Source: Escherichia coli
GTDB lineage: Bacteria > Pseudomonadota > Gammaproteobacteria > Enterobacterales > Enterobacteriaceae
Direction: 5' to 3' (one strand)
Assembly (NCBI RefSeq): GCF_003334765.1
Contig: NZ_QOWT01000002.1
Length of the DNA stretch: 64,000 bases
Part shown: piece after piece, positions 46,011-62,760 of the stretch
How positions within the stretch are numbered: position 1 is the first letter of the stretch
Layout: the number at the start of each line of letters is the position of its first letter
The notes under the pieces: generated by a model
Told to the model about the DNA's origin: nothing
Database searches by the model: none
The model's input: the letters and a program-made list of their open reading frames with translations, nothing else
Program-made: the position numbers and the translations under genes

Positions 46011-47837
46011 ATGCATTATATGAAGTGGATTTATCCACGCCGCTTACGCAATCAAATGATCCTGATGGCAATCCTGATGGTCATTGTCCCAACGCTTACT
46101 ATTGGTTATATCGTAGAAACGGAAGGACGTTCAGCAGTCTTATCTGAAAAAGAGAAAAAACTTTCTGCCGTGGTCAACCTGCTTAATCAGGCACTAGGCG
46201 ATCGCTATGATCTCTACATCGACTTACCACGTGAGGAGCGTATCCGCGCATTAAATGCAGAACTTGCCCCCATTACCGAAAATATCACTCACGCCTTCCC
46301 TGGCATCGGTGCTGGTTATTACAACAAAATGCTGGATGCGATAATCACCTACGCGCCTTCAGCGCTATATCAGAATAATGTCGGCGTTACCATTGCCGCA
46401 GATCACCCTGGTCGCGAAGTGATGCGTACAAATACCCCTTTAGTTTATTCAGGCAGGCAGGTGCGCGGCGATATTTTGAATTCAATGCTCCCCATTGAGC
46501 GTAATGGTGAAATCCTCGGCTATATCTGGGCCAATGAATTAACCGAAGATATTCGCCGCCAGGCCTGGAAAATGGATGTGAGGATTATCATTGTGCTCAC
46601 CGCTGGTTTGCTGATAAGCCTGCTGTTGATTGTCCTTTTCTCCCGTCGCCTGAGCGCCAATATTGATATCATCACCGATGGCCTCTCGACTCTGGCACAA
46701 AATATTCCCACTCGATTACCACAATTGCCCGGTGAAATGGGGCAAATCAGTCAGAGTGTTAATAACCTCGCCCAGGCACTGCGTGAAACGCGGACACTTA
46801 ACGATCTGATTATTGAAAACGCTGCCGATGGCGTCATTGCCATTGACCGCCAGGGTGATGTAACCACCATGAACCCAGCAGCAGAAGTTATCACTGGCTA
46901 TCAACGCCATGAACTGGTAGGGCAGCCTTACTCCATGTTGTTCGACAATACTCAGTTCTACAGTCCAGTACTGGATACGCTGGAACATGGCACCGAACAT
47001 GTGGCGCTGGAGATCAGTTTTCCAGGTCGTGACCGCACCATTGAACTCAGTGTCACTACCAGTCGTATTCATAACACGCACGGTGAAATGATAGGTGCTT
47101 TGGTGATTTTCTCTGATTTAACTGCCCGCAAAGAAACCCAGCGCCGCATGGCGCAAGCAGAACGCCTCGCCACACTGGGTGAGCTGATGGCTGGCGTCGC
47201 GCATGAAGTACGTAATCCGTTAACGGCTATTCGTGGTTATGTACAGATCTTGCGCCAACAAACCAGTGACCCAATACATCAGGAATATCTGTCCGTAGTA
47301 CTCAAAGAAATCGATTCAATTAACAAAGTTATTCAGCAATTGCTCGAATTTTCACGTCCACGCCACAGTCAATGGCAACAAGTCAGCCTCAATGCATTGG
47401 TTGAAGAAACTCTGGTACTGGTACAAACCGCCGGCGTACAAGCGCGGGTCGACTTCATAAGCGAACTGGATAATGAATTAAGCCCGATTAACGCCGATCG
47501 TGAACTGCTCAAACAGGTACTACTGAATATCCTGATCAATGCCGTCCAGGCTATCAGCGCACGAGGGAAAATTCGCATTCAAACCTGGCAATACAGCGAC
47601 TCACAACAGGCCATTTCGATAGAGGACAACGGCTGTGGCATTGATCTCTCGCTGCAAAAAAAGATCTTCGATCCCTTTTTCACCACCAAAGCCTCAGGAA
47701 CCGGGCTTGGTCTGGCGTTAAGTCAACGCATCATTAATGCCCATCAGGGTGATATTCGCGTCGCCAGTTTGCCGGGCTACGGCGCAACCTTCACGCTTAT
47801 TTTACCGATCAACCCGCAGGGAAATCAGACTGTATGA
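46011..47837 (+). CDS. atoS: Sensor histidine kinase AtoS
   Basis: 608 aa from MHYMKWIYPRR; TM segments, PAS-like region, H-box AHEVRNPL; the ORF-track start at 45999 is rejected. Confidence 0.92.
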   Translation: MHYMKWIYPRRLRNQMILMAILMVIVPTLTIGYIVETEGRSAVLSEKEKKLSAVVNLLNQALGDRYDLYIDLPREERIRALNAELAPITENITHAFPGIGAGYYNKMLDAIITYAPSALYQNNVGVTIAADHPGREVMRTNTPLVYSGRQVRGDILNSMLPIERNGEILGYIWANELTEDIRRQAWKMDVRIIIVLTAGLLISLLLIVLFSRRLSANIDIITDGLSTLAQNIPTRLPQLPGEMGQISQSVNNLAQALRETRTLNDLIIENAADGVIAIDRQGDVTTMNPAAEVITGYQRHELVGQPYSMLFDNTQFYSPVLDTLEHGTEHVALEISFPGRDRTIELSVTTSRIHNTHGEMIGALVIFSDLTARKETQRRMAQAERLATLGELMAGVAHEVRNPLTAIRGYVQILRQQTSDPIHQEYLSVVLKEIDSINKVIQQLLEFSRPRHSQWQQVSLNALVEETLVLVQTAGVQARVDFISELDNELSPINADRELLKQVLLNILINAVQAISARGKIRIQTWQYSDSQQAISIEDNGCGIDLSLQKKIFDPFFTTKASGTGLGLALSQRIINAHQGDIRVASLPGYGATFTLILPINPQGNQTV

Positions 47838-49219
47838 CTGCTATTAATCGCATCCTTATTGTGGATGATGAAGATAATGTTCGCCGTATGCTGAGCACCG
47901 CTTTTGCACTACAAGGATTCGAAACACATTGTGCGAACAACGGACGCACAGCATTACACCTGTTTGCCGATATTCACCCTGATGTGGTGTTGATGGATAT
48001 CCGCATGCCAGAGATGGACGGCATCAAGGCACTAAAGGAGATGCGCAGCCATGAGACCCGGACACCCGTTATTCTGATGACGGCCTATGCGGAAGTGGAA
48101 ACCGCCGTCGAAGCGCTACGCTGCGGAGCCTTCGACTATGTTATTAAACCGTTTGATCTCGATGAGTTGAATTTAATCGTTCAGCGCGCTTTACAACTCC
48201 AGTCAATGAAAAAAGAGATCCGTCATCTGCACCAGGCACTGAGCACCAGCTGGCAATGGGGGCACATTCTCACCAACAGCCCGGCGATGATGGACATCTG
48301 CAAAGACACCGCCAAAATTGCCCTTTCTCAGGCCAGCGTCTTGATTAGCGGTGAAAGCGGCACCGGGAAAGAGTTGATTGCCAGAGCGATTCACTACAAT
48401 TCGCGGCGGGCAAAGGGGCCGTTCATTAAAGTCAACTGCGCGGCGCTGCCGGAATCGTTGCTCGAAAGTGAACTGTTTGGTCATGAAAAAGGTGCATTTA
48501 CTGGTGCACAAACCTTGCGTCAGGGATTATTTGAACGAGCCAACGAAGGTACTCTGCTCCTCGACGAAATTGGCGAAATGCCGCTGGTACTACAAGCCAA
48601 ATTACTACGCATTCTACAGGAACGGGAATTTGAACGGATTGGCGGCCATCAGACCATAAAAGTTGATATCCGCATCATTGCTGCCACCAACCGCGACTTG
48701 CAGGCAATGGTAAAAGAAGGCACCTTCCGTGAAGATCTCTTTTATCGCCTTAACGTTATTCATTTAATACTGCCGCCTCTGCGCGATCGCCGGGAAGATA
48801 TTTCCCTGTTAGCTAATCACTTTTTGCAAAAATTCAGTAGTGAGAATCAGCGCGATATTATCGACATCGATCCGATGGCAATGTCACTGCTTACCGCCTG
48901 GTCATGGCCGGGAAATATTCGAGAGCTTTCCAACGTTATTGAACGCGCCGTCGTGATGAATTCAGGCCCGATCATTTTTTCTGAGGATCTTCCGCCACAG
49001 ATTCGTCAGCCAGTCTGTAATGCTGGCGAGGTAAAAACAGCCCCTGTCGGTGAGCGTAATTTAAAAGAGGAAATTAAACGCGTCGAAAAACGCATCATTA
49101 TGGAAGTGCTGGAACAACAAGAAGGAAACCGAACCCGCACTGCTTTAATGCTGGGCATCAGTCGCCGTGCATTGATGTATAAACTCCAGGAATACGGTAT
49201 CGATCCGGCGGATGTATAA
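47834..49219 (+). CDS. atoC: Sigma54-dependent response regulator AtoC
   Basis: 461 aa; receiver ILIVDDEDNVRRML; AAA+ Walker A GESGTGKE; GAFTGA sigma54-contact motif; C-terminal HTH; 4-nt overlap with atoS. Confidence 0.95.
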   Translation: MTAINRILIVDDEDNVRRMLSTAFALQGFETHCANNGRTALHLFADIHPDVVLMDIRMPEMDGIKALKEMRSHETRTPVILMTAYAEVETAVEALRCGAFDYVIKPFDLDELNLIVQRALQLQSMKKEIRHLHQALSTSWQWGHILTNSPAMMDICKDTAKIALSQASVLISGESGTGKELIARAIHYNSRRAKGPFIKVNCAALPESLLESELFGHEKGAFTGAQTLRQGLFERANEGTLLLDEIGEMPLVLQAKLLRILQEREFERIGGHQTIKVDIRIIAATNRDLQAMVKEGTFREDLFYRLNVIHLILPPLRDRREDISLLANHFLQKFSSENQRDIIDIDPMAMSLLTAWSWPGNIRELSNVIERAVVMNSGPIIFSEDLPPQIRQPVCNAGEVKTAPVGERNLKEEIKRVEKRIIMEVLEQQEGNRTRTALMLGISRRALMYKLQEYGIDPADV

Positions 49220-49230
49220 CACCAAAACTT

Positions 49231-49271
49231 GCTATGCAGAAATTTGCACAGTGCGCAATTTTCTGCATAGC
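49231..49271 (+). promoter_or_regulatory. AtoC-binding inverted repeat upstream of atoDAEB
   Basis: 41-bp palindrome gctatgcagaaatttgcacagtgcgcaattttctgcatagc (arms gctatgcagaaa / tttctgcatagc). Confidence 0.7.
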
Positions 49272-49353
49272 CGCTCATTCTCCTTATAAATCCCCATCCA
49301 ATTTATCCCTTCATATTCAATTAGTTAAATAACTAAATCCAATAATCTCATTC

Positions 49354-49369
49354 TGGCACTCCCCTTGCT
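49354..49369 (+). promoter_or_regulatory. Sigma54 (-24/-12) promoter of atoDAEB
   Basis: TGGCAC-N5-TTGCT with the GG and GC dinucleotides separated by 10 nt, about 45 bp upstream of the atoD ATG. Confidence 0.7.
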
Positions 49370-49414
49370 ATTGCCTGACTGTACCCACAACGGTGTATGC
49401 AAGAGGGATAAAAA

Positions 49415-50077
49415 ATGAAAACAAAATTGATGACATTACAAGACGCCACCGGCTTCTTTCGTGACGGCATGACCATCATGGTGGGCGGATTTATGGGGAT
49501 TGGCACTCCATCCCGCCTGGTTGAAGCATTACTGGAATCTGGTGTTCGCGACCTGACATTGATAGCCAATGATACCGCGTTTGTTGATACCGGCATCGGT
49601 CCGCTCATCGTCAATGGTCGAGTCCGCAAAGTGATTGCTTCACATATCGGCACCAACCCGGAAACAGGTCGGCGCATGATATCTGGTGAGATGGACGTCG
49701 TTCTGGTGCCGCAAGGTACGCTAATCGAGCAAATTCGCTGTGGTGGAGCTGGACTTGGTGGTTTTCTCACCCCAACGGGTGTCGGCACCGTCGTAGAGGA
49801 AGGCAAACAGACACTGACACTCGACGGTAAAACCTGGCTGCTCGAACGCCCACTGCGCGCCGACCTGGCGCTAATTCGCGCTCATCGTTGCGACACACTT
49901 GGCAACCTGACCTATCAACTTAGCGCCCGCAACTTTAACCCCCTGATAGCCCTTGCGGCTGATATCACGCTGGTAGAGCCAGATGAACTGGTCGAAACCG
50001 GCGAGCTGCAACCTGACCATATTGTCACCCCTGGTGCCGTTATCGACCACATCATCGTTTCACAGGAGAGCAAATAA
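49415..50077 (+). CDS. atoD: Acetate CoA-transferase subunit alpha
   Basis: 220 aa; family I CoA-transferase A subunit. Confidence 0.94.
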   Translation: MKTKLMTLQDATGFFRDGMTIMVGGFMGIGTPSRLVEALLESGVRDLTLIANDTAFVDTGIGPLIVNGRVRKVIASHIGTNPETGRRMISGEMDVVLVPQGTLIEQIRCGGAGLGGFLTPTGVGTVVEEGKQTLTLDGKTWLLERPLRADLALIRAHRCDTLGNLTYQLSARNFNPLIALAADITLVEPDELVETGELQPDHIVTPGAVIDHIIVSQESK

Positions 50078-50727
50078 TGGATGCGAAACAACGTATTGCG
50101 CGCCGTGTGGCGCAAGAGCTTCGTGATGGTGACATCGTTAACTTAGGGATCGGTTTACCCACAATGGTCGCCAATTATTTACCGGAGGGTATTCATATCA
50201 CTCTGCAATCGGAAAACGGCTTCCTCGGTTTAGGCCCGGTCACGACAGCGCATCCAGATCTGGTGAACGCTGGCGGGCAACCGTGCGGTGTTTTACCCGG
50301 TGCAGCCATGTTTGATAGCGCCATGTCATTTGCGCTAATCCGTGGCGGTCATATTGATGCCTGCGTGCTCGGCGGTTTGCAAGTAGACGAAGAAGCAAAC
50401 CTCGCGAACTGGGTAGTGCCTGGGAAAATGGTGCCCGGTATGGGTGGCGCGATGGATCTGGTGACCGGGTCGCGCAAAGTGATCATCGCCATGGAACATT
50501 GCGCCAAAGATGGTTCAGCAAAAATTTTGCGCCGCTGCACCATGCCACTCACTGCGCAACATGCGGTGCATATGCTGGTTACTGAACTGGCTGTCTTTCG
50601 TTTTATTGACGGCAAAATGTGGCTCACCGAAATTGCCGACGGGTGTGATTTAGCCACCGTGCGTGCCAAAACAGAAGCTCGGTTTGAAGTCGCCGCCGAT
50701 CTGAATACGCAACGGGGTGATTTATGA
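50077..50727 (+). CDS. atoA: Acetate CoA-transferase subunit beta
   Basis: 216 aa; contains the SENG region typical of CoA-transferase B subunits; start overlaps the atoD stop. Confidence 0.94.
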   Translation: MDAKQRIARRVAQELRDGDIVNLGIGLPTMVANYLPEGIHITLQSENGFLGLGPVTTAHPDLVNAGGQPCGVLPGAAMFDSAMSFALIRGGHIDACVLGGLQVDEEANLANWVVPGKMVPGMGGAMDLVTGSRKVIIAMEHCAKDGSAKILRRCTMPLTAQHAVHMLVTELAVFRFIDGKMWLTEIADGCDLATVRAKTEARFEVAADLNTQRGDL

Positions 50728-52046
50728 TTGGTCGCATATCGCGTTTTATGACGCGTTTTGTCAGCCGGTGGCTTCCCGATCCACTGATCTTTGCCATGTT
50801 GCTGACATTGCTAACATTCGTGATCGCGCTTTGGTTAACACCACAAACGCCGATCAGCATGGTGAAAATGTGGGGTGACGGTTTCTGGAACTTGCTGGCG
50901 TTTGGTATGCAGATGGCGCTTATCATCGTTACCGGTCATGCCCTTGCCAGCTCTGCTCCGGTGAAAAGTTTGCTGCGTACTGCCGCCTCCGCCGCAAAGA
51001 CGCCCGTACAGGGCGTCATGCTGGTCACTTTCTTCGGTTCAGTCGCTTGTGTCATCAACTGGGGATTTGGTTTGGTTGTCGGCGCAATGTTTGCCCGTGA
51101 AGTCGCCCGGCGAGTCCCCGGTTCTGATTATCCGTTGCTCATTGCCTGCGCCTACATTGGTTTTCTCACCTGGGGTGGCGGCTTCTCTGGATCAATGCCT
51201 CTGTTGGCTGCAACACCGGGCAACCCGGTTGAGCATATCGCCGGGCTGATCCCGGTGGGCGATACTCTGTTCAGTGGTTTTAACATTTTCATCACTGTGG
51301 CGTTGATTGTGGTGATGCCATTTATCACCCGCATGATGATGCCAAAACCGTCTGACGTGGTGAGTATCGATCCAAAACTACTCATGGAAGAGGCTGATTT
51401 TCAAAAGCAGCTACCGAAAGATGCCCCACCATCCGAGCGACTGGAAGAAAGCCGCATTCTGACGTTGATCATCGGCGCACTCGGTATCGCTTACCTTGCG
51501 ATGTACTTCAGCGAACATGGCTTCAACATCACCATCAATACCGTCAACCTGATGTTTATGATTGCGGGTCTGCTGCTACATAAAACGCCAATGGCTTATA
51601 TGCGTGCTATCAGCGCGGCAGCACGCAGTACTGCCGGTATTCTGGTGCAATTCCCCTTCTACGCTGGGATCCAACTGATGATGGAGCATTCCGGTCTGGG
51701 CGGACTCATTACCGAATTCTTCATCAATGTTGCGAACAAAGACACCTTCCCGGTAATGACCTTTTTTAGTTCTGCACTGATTAACTTCGCCGTTCCGTCT
51801 GGCGGCGGTCACTGGGTTATTCAGGGACCTTTCGTGATACCCGCAGCCCAGGCGCTGGGCGCTGATCTCGGTAAATCGGTAATGGCGATCGCCTACGGCG
51901 AGCAATGGATGAACATGGCACAACCATTCTGGGCGCTGCCAGCACTGGCAATCGCCGGACTCGGTGTCCGCGACATCATGGGCTACTGCATCACTGCCCT
52001 GCTCTTCTCCGGTGTCATTTTCGTCATTGGTTTAACGCTGTTCTGA
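50724..52046 (+). CDS. atoE: Short-chain fatty acid transporter
   Basis: 440 aa, polytopic; 4-nt overlap with atoA. Confidence 0.92.
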   Translation: MIGRISRFMTRFVSRWLPDPLIFAMLLTLLTFVIALWLTPQTPISMVKMWGDGFWNLLAFGMQMALIIVTGHALASSAPVKSLLRTAASAAKTPVQGVMLVTFFGSVACVINWGFGLVVGAMFAREVARRVPGSDYPLLIACAYIGFLTWGGGFSGSMPLLAATPGNPVEHIAGLIPVGDTLFSGFNIFITVALIVVMPFITRMMMPKPSDVVSIDPKLLMEEADFQKQLPKDAPPSERLEESRILTLIIGALGIAYLAMYFSEHGFNITINTVNLMFMIAGLLLHKTPMAYMRAISAAARSTAGILVQFPFYAGIQLMMEHSGLGGLITEFFINVANKDTFPVMTFFSSALINFAVPSGGGHWVIQGPFVIPAAQALGADLGKSVMAIAYGEQWMNMAQPFWALPALAIAGLGVRDIMGYCITALLFSGVIFVIGLTLF

Positions 52047-52076
52047 CGGCACCCCTACAAACAGAAGGAATATAAA

Positions 52077-53261
52077 ATGAAAAATTGTGTCATCGTCAGT
52101 GCGGTACGTACTGCTATCGGTAGTTTTAACGGTTCACTCGCTTCCACCAGCGCCATCGACCTGGGGGCGACAGTAATTAAAGCCGCCATTGAACGTGCAA
52201 AAATCGATTCACAACACGTTGATGAAGTGATTATGGGTAACGTGTTACAAGCCGGGCTGGGGCAAAATCCGGCGCGTCAGGCACTGTTAAAAAGCGGGCT
52301 GGCAGAAACGGTGTGCGGATTCACGGTCAATAAAGTATGTGGTTCGGGTCTTAAAAGTGTGGCGCTTGCCGCCCAGGCCATTCAGGCAGGTCAGGCGCAG
52401 AGCATTGTGGCGGGGGGTATGGAAAATATGAGTTTAGCCCCCTACTTACTCGATGCAAAAGCACGCTCTGGTTATCGTCTTGGAGACGGACAGGTTTATG
52501 ACGTAATCCTGCGCGATGGCCTGATGTGCGCCACCCATGGTTATCATATGGGGATTACCGCCGAAAACGTGGCTAAAGAGTACGGAATTACCCGTGAAAT
52601 GCAGGATGAACTGGCGCTACATTCACAGCGTAAAGCGGCAGCCGCAATTGAGTCCGGTGCTTTTACAGCCGAAATCGTCCCGGTAAATGTTGTCACTCGA
52701 AAGAAAACCTTCGTCTTCAGTCAAGACGAATTCCCGAAAGCGAATTCAACGGCTGAAGCGTTAGGTGCATTGCGCCCGGCCTTCGATAAAGCAGGAACAG
52801 TCACCGCTGGGAACGCGTCTGGTATTAACGACGGTGCTGCCGCTCTGGTGATTATGGAAGAATCTGCGGCGCTGGCAGCAGGCCTTCCCCCCCTGGCTCG
52901 CATTAAAAGTTATGCCAGCGGTGGCGTGCCCCCCGCATTGATGGGTATGGGGCCAGTACCTGCCACGCAAAAAGCGTTACAACTGGCGGGGCTGCAACTG
53001 GCGGATATTGATCTCATTGAGGCTAATGAAGCATTTGCTGCACAGTTCCTTGCCGTTGGGAAAAACCTGGGCTTTGATTCTGAGAAAGTGAATGTCAACG
53101 GCGGGGCCATCGCGCTCGGGCATCCTATCGGTGCCAGTGGTGCTCGTATTCTGGTCACACTATTACATGCCATGCAGGCACGCGATAAAACGCTGGGGCT
53201 GGCAACACTGTGCATTGGCGGCGGTCAGGGAATTGCGATGGTGATTGAACGGTTGAATTAA
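52077..53261 (+). CDS. atoB: Acetyl-CoA acetyltransferase (thiolase II)
   Basis: 394 aa; active-site Cys in [10 protein letters not shown]; C-terminal CIGGGQG thiolase motif. Confidence 0.96.
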   Translation: MKNCVIVSAVRTAIGSFNGSLASTSAIDLGATVIKAAIERAKIDSQHVDEVIMGNVLQAGLGQNPARQALLKSGLAETVCGFTVNKVCGSGLKSVALAAQAIQAGQAQSIVAGGMENMSLAPYLLDAKARSGYRLGDGQVYDVILRDGLMCATHGYHMGITAENVAKEYGITREMQDELALHSQRKAAAAIESGAFTAEIVPVNVVTRKKTFVFSQDEFPKANSTAEALGALRPAFDKAGTVTAGNASGINDGAAALVIMEESAALAAGLPPLARIKSYASGGVPPALMGMGPVPATQKALQLAGLQLADIDLIEANEAFAAQFLAVGKNLGFDSEKVNVNGGAIALGHPIGASGARILVTLLHAMQARDKTLGLATLCIGGGQGIAMVIERLN

Positions 53262-53262
53262 T

Positions 53263-53304
53263 CAATAAAAACACCCGATAGCGAAAGTTATCGGGTGTTT
53301 TCTT
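53263..53304. terminator. Bidirectional rho-independent terminator (atoB / yfaP)
   Basis: Hairpin aacacccgata-gcgaaagt-tatcgggtgtt with a T-tract on the plus strand and an A-run before it (T-tract on the minus strand). Confidence 0.8.
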
Positions 53305-53334
53305 GAACATCGACGGCGAAGGTAACCCCATTAA

Positions 53335-54111
53335 TCACCAGTCAAAACTTTTCACCAGCGTCAGCTCGCCAGCATTACGCATCGGTACAATAAATGTTTC
53401 CTGTTTCTCATTGACCGATCCTTCATCGGTGATCAGCGTCAGTTGGGCGGTGGTTAATTCCGTTTCGCTGCGCCCACCATAGTAGTTGATATACACCTGA
53501 TAGCGCCCGTGAATTGGCGCGGGCATGGCGAAAATCTCGGGTCCGTACCCCGTCGTGACATCCATATCCAGTGCACCACTGTTTTTCAGCACGGTGTTAC
53601 CGTACCAGGCGTGTTCGCCATCGGGCGTAACAACGTGAAGGTCGAGGTCGGTATTGTCCGTATCCCACGAGAGAACCAGCCGTAAACGTGCACGAATCGT
53701 TCCTGTACCCGGCGTTGAGTAAAACTGCATTTTTTGTCGGCTTTGCCCATCCGGGCTGATGACCTGCACGCTGTTGCTGCCTTCAGTGAAAATATAAGGG
53801 CGTGCAAATGAACCATCGGATTCAATTCTCTGCGGCATACTGGCACCGTTGACCACCAGCCGGCCCTGCTGAACTTTACCCGCCGCAGCATAATTCTTTA
53901 TTTTGCCGCGGATCTGCGCTGAGATATTTTGATCATCTGCCATGTTGACGGACGACGCCGGGTAATTGATCGATTGTGAAAAACTGGCATCTTCGCCCTC
54001 TGCCGGATGCCAGCCTGAGAGCGGTGCATCAATCTCGACTTCCTGCACACCTTCACTGTGAGCGACAGGCGAAAGCGCCACCAGTAACAACGGAAGAAAA
54101 ATCTTTCGCAT
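53335..54111 (-). CDS. yfaP: Secreted protein of unknown function, last gene of the alpha-2-macroglobulin-like cluster
   Basis: 258 aa; signal peptide MRKIFLPLLLVALSPVAHSE; ATG 4 nt after the yfaQ stop. Confidence 0.85.
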   Translation of the reverse strand: MRKIFLPLLLVALSPVAHSEGVQEVEIDAPLSGWHPAEGEDASFSQSINYPASSVNMADDQNISAQIRGKIKNYAAAGKVQQGRLVVNGASMPQRIESDGSFARPYIFTEGSNSVQVISPDGQSRQKMQFYSTPGTGTIRARLRLVLSWDTDNTDLDLHVVTPDGEHAWYGNTVLKNSGALDMDVTTGYGPEIFAMPAPIHGRYQVYINYYGGRSETELTTAQLTLITDEGSVNEKQETFIVPMRNAGELTLVKSFDW

Positions 54112-54115
54112 AGCA

Positions 54116-55765
54116 TTAGTCCATTAATAATTGTCGGGTCAGCGTTTCGATATAGTTCTCATCAAGCCCGGTGGGATAACCATCAAAGGCCAGGTGCAGA
54201 TACTCATGGGTTAAATCCAGCCGATCCTGAAGCGTAAAGAAGTTACGAATAAACAGCCGTTTCTGCTGCCGATCGGTATAGGGGAAACCTGAGACTAAAC
54301 GGCAAACCGCAAACACGTCTGGTTCGTTGTACCCCGTCTCAGCTTGTAATATACGCCGCCACTGCGGCATTTTTTTCGCCAGCCAGGCTTTCGCTTTGGG
54401 TAATAACTGGCAGGTTGAGCGTGGCGCTCCCCAGCGGCTAAGACTGTTGTCGGGATAAGCAAACGCGAGTATCTGATCGTAACGCTCTCCCTGCCCCGCC
54501 TGGGCCGTGGCTTGCCGCCAGAAAAGTGTCCCTTCGGTAGCGCGACTGCCATGATAATGAACCGGATCGCCTGCATAGATGAGATCCTGCGTCCAGGCGG
54601 TCATCGTTCGCGCCCCCGTGGTCGCTGGCGAAGCAGAAACACGCTGCGTGGCGCTGCTGTCGGGGATGGTCAGGCAATCGCCTTCCCGATTGGCGTTTTG
54701 CTGTAAAAAAGTGCGAATCGCCACGGTCATGGCTTTCGCTGCCTCAGGGGGCGTACTTTTCGCCTCGCGATCCAGAACTCTGGCAACGTACTCTTCACGA
54801 TCGAGATGCGACTGCAATTTCAGTTTGCCCTTTTCGCTCAGTAAGGTCGTCTCACCGTGGCTGACAAACGTAATGTGGTTACCATTAGTAAACGTCACAC
54901 GATAGCGCCCATTAAGTACGCCGGGATTTACTGCCGTCGTACTCTTTTCCGCTGTGATTTTCTTCAGCGGATAGCGGGCAAACAGCTCCACCTCTACACA
55001 TTGCCCACTGGCAACCTGCGTCGGCACTGGCAAAACCCGATTAAGCACCGTCGCATAACGGGTTAGTACCGTTTTGCTGGTGCCACTGCCAGTAACCCAC
55101 AGCGGTGTACCATCGGTTAACCAGCCAGCAAAACCACCCTGACGGATTTCCTGTTTATCATCGGCAAACCAGCTCCAGGTTTTCACCCGTACCCGACTAC
55201 CGAGCATGGATGCGACACCGATTTTCGCCTCGTCCAGCACCACATCCAGTAAGACTTCCTGAGCTTTGTTTTGCGCGGGTAACGTCGCTAATGAATCAAG
55301 CAGCGATTTAACCGTTACCGAGGTTTCTGGCTTCAGCGTAGTCAGAGACGCTAACCACGCAGGTGCCTGACGCTGTTGCCAGTATTGCCCCCACACATCT
55401 GCGCCAATATGCAACCGCTGCGGCGCAAAATAGAGCCCACAGGAACGTACCAGCGCGGTATCGCGCGTTATGCTCTCCCCAGCCTGACAACAATAAACCT
55501 CTTCCGGGGAGTTTCCGCGACACTGGTAGGGCTGCTCCGGTTGATGGGTATCCTCCAGCCAGGCGTAAACATACAGTTTCCACAAACTCCCTAACGGCGT
55601 GGTGAGCGAGTCAGGTAATGCTGAGACTTTGGTCACGCCTGATGACGACAGCTGATACAGTTGATCGTGCTGCGCACCGCGCAGCACCAGTTGTAACGGC
55701 GTCTCCTCCGCAAGTGTTGGCAGAGTAACCAACGCCAATAGCCAGACGATTCTGCGCCAGTTCAC
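54116..55765 (-). CDS. yfaQ: Secreted protein of unknown function, co-operonic with the A2M-like gene
   Basis: 549 aa; signal-like N-terminus MNWRRIVWLLALVTLPTLA; GTG start immediately after the yfaS TAA (the start codon is uncertain). Confidence 0.8.
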   Translation of the reverse strand: MNWRRIVWLLALVTLPTLAEETPLQLVLRGAQHDQLYQLSSSGVTKVSALPDSLTTPLGSLWKLYVYAWLEDTHQPEQPYQCRGNSPEEVYCCQAGESITRDTALVRSCGLYFAPQRLHIGADVWGQYWQQRQAPAWLASLTTLKPETSVTVKSLLDSLATLPAQNKAQEVLLDVVLDEAKIGVASMLGSRVRVKTWSWFADDKQEIRQGGFAGWLTDGTPLWVTGSGTSKTVLTRYATVLNRVLPVPTQVASGQCVEVELFARYPLKKITAEKSTTAVNPGVLNGRYRVTFTNGNHITFVSHGETTLLSEKGKLKLQSHLDREEYVARVLDREAKSTPPEAAKAMTVAIRTFLQQNANREGDCLTIPDSSATQRVSASPATTGARTMTAWTQDLIYAGDPVHYHGSRATEGTLFWRQATAQAGQGERYDQILAFAYPDNSLSRWGAPRSTCQLLPKAKAWLAKKMPQWRRILQAETGYNEPDVFAVCRLVSGFPYTDRQQKRLFIRNFFTLQDRLDLTHEYLHLAFDGYPTGLDENYIETLTRQLLMD

Positions 55766-62612
<6,847 letters not shown>

Positions 62613-62760
62613 TGCCACATTCCTTGTGTATAGCCAGCCATTTTTTACGGGCACAGCCAAACTTTACCGTGCCCTAATACGACAAAAGCCCAGACTTTGC
62701 AGCCTGGACTTTTCAATTCAAACAAGGGAGATAGCTCCCTTTTGGCATGAAGAAGTAAAA

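Noticed and set aside
62661-62760. Rho-independent terminator for gyrA in the gyrA/yfaA spacer
   Set aside because: The hairpin gggagatagctccc is present, but the T-tract on the gyrA strand is weak (ttgtttgaatt); not confident enough to list as a feature.
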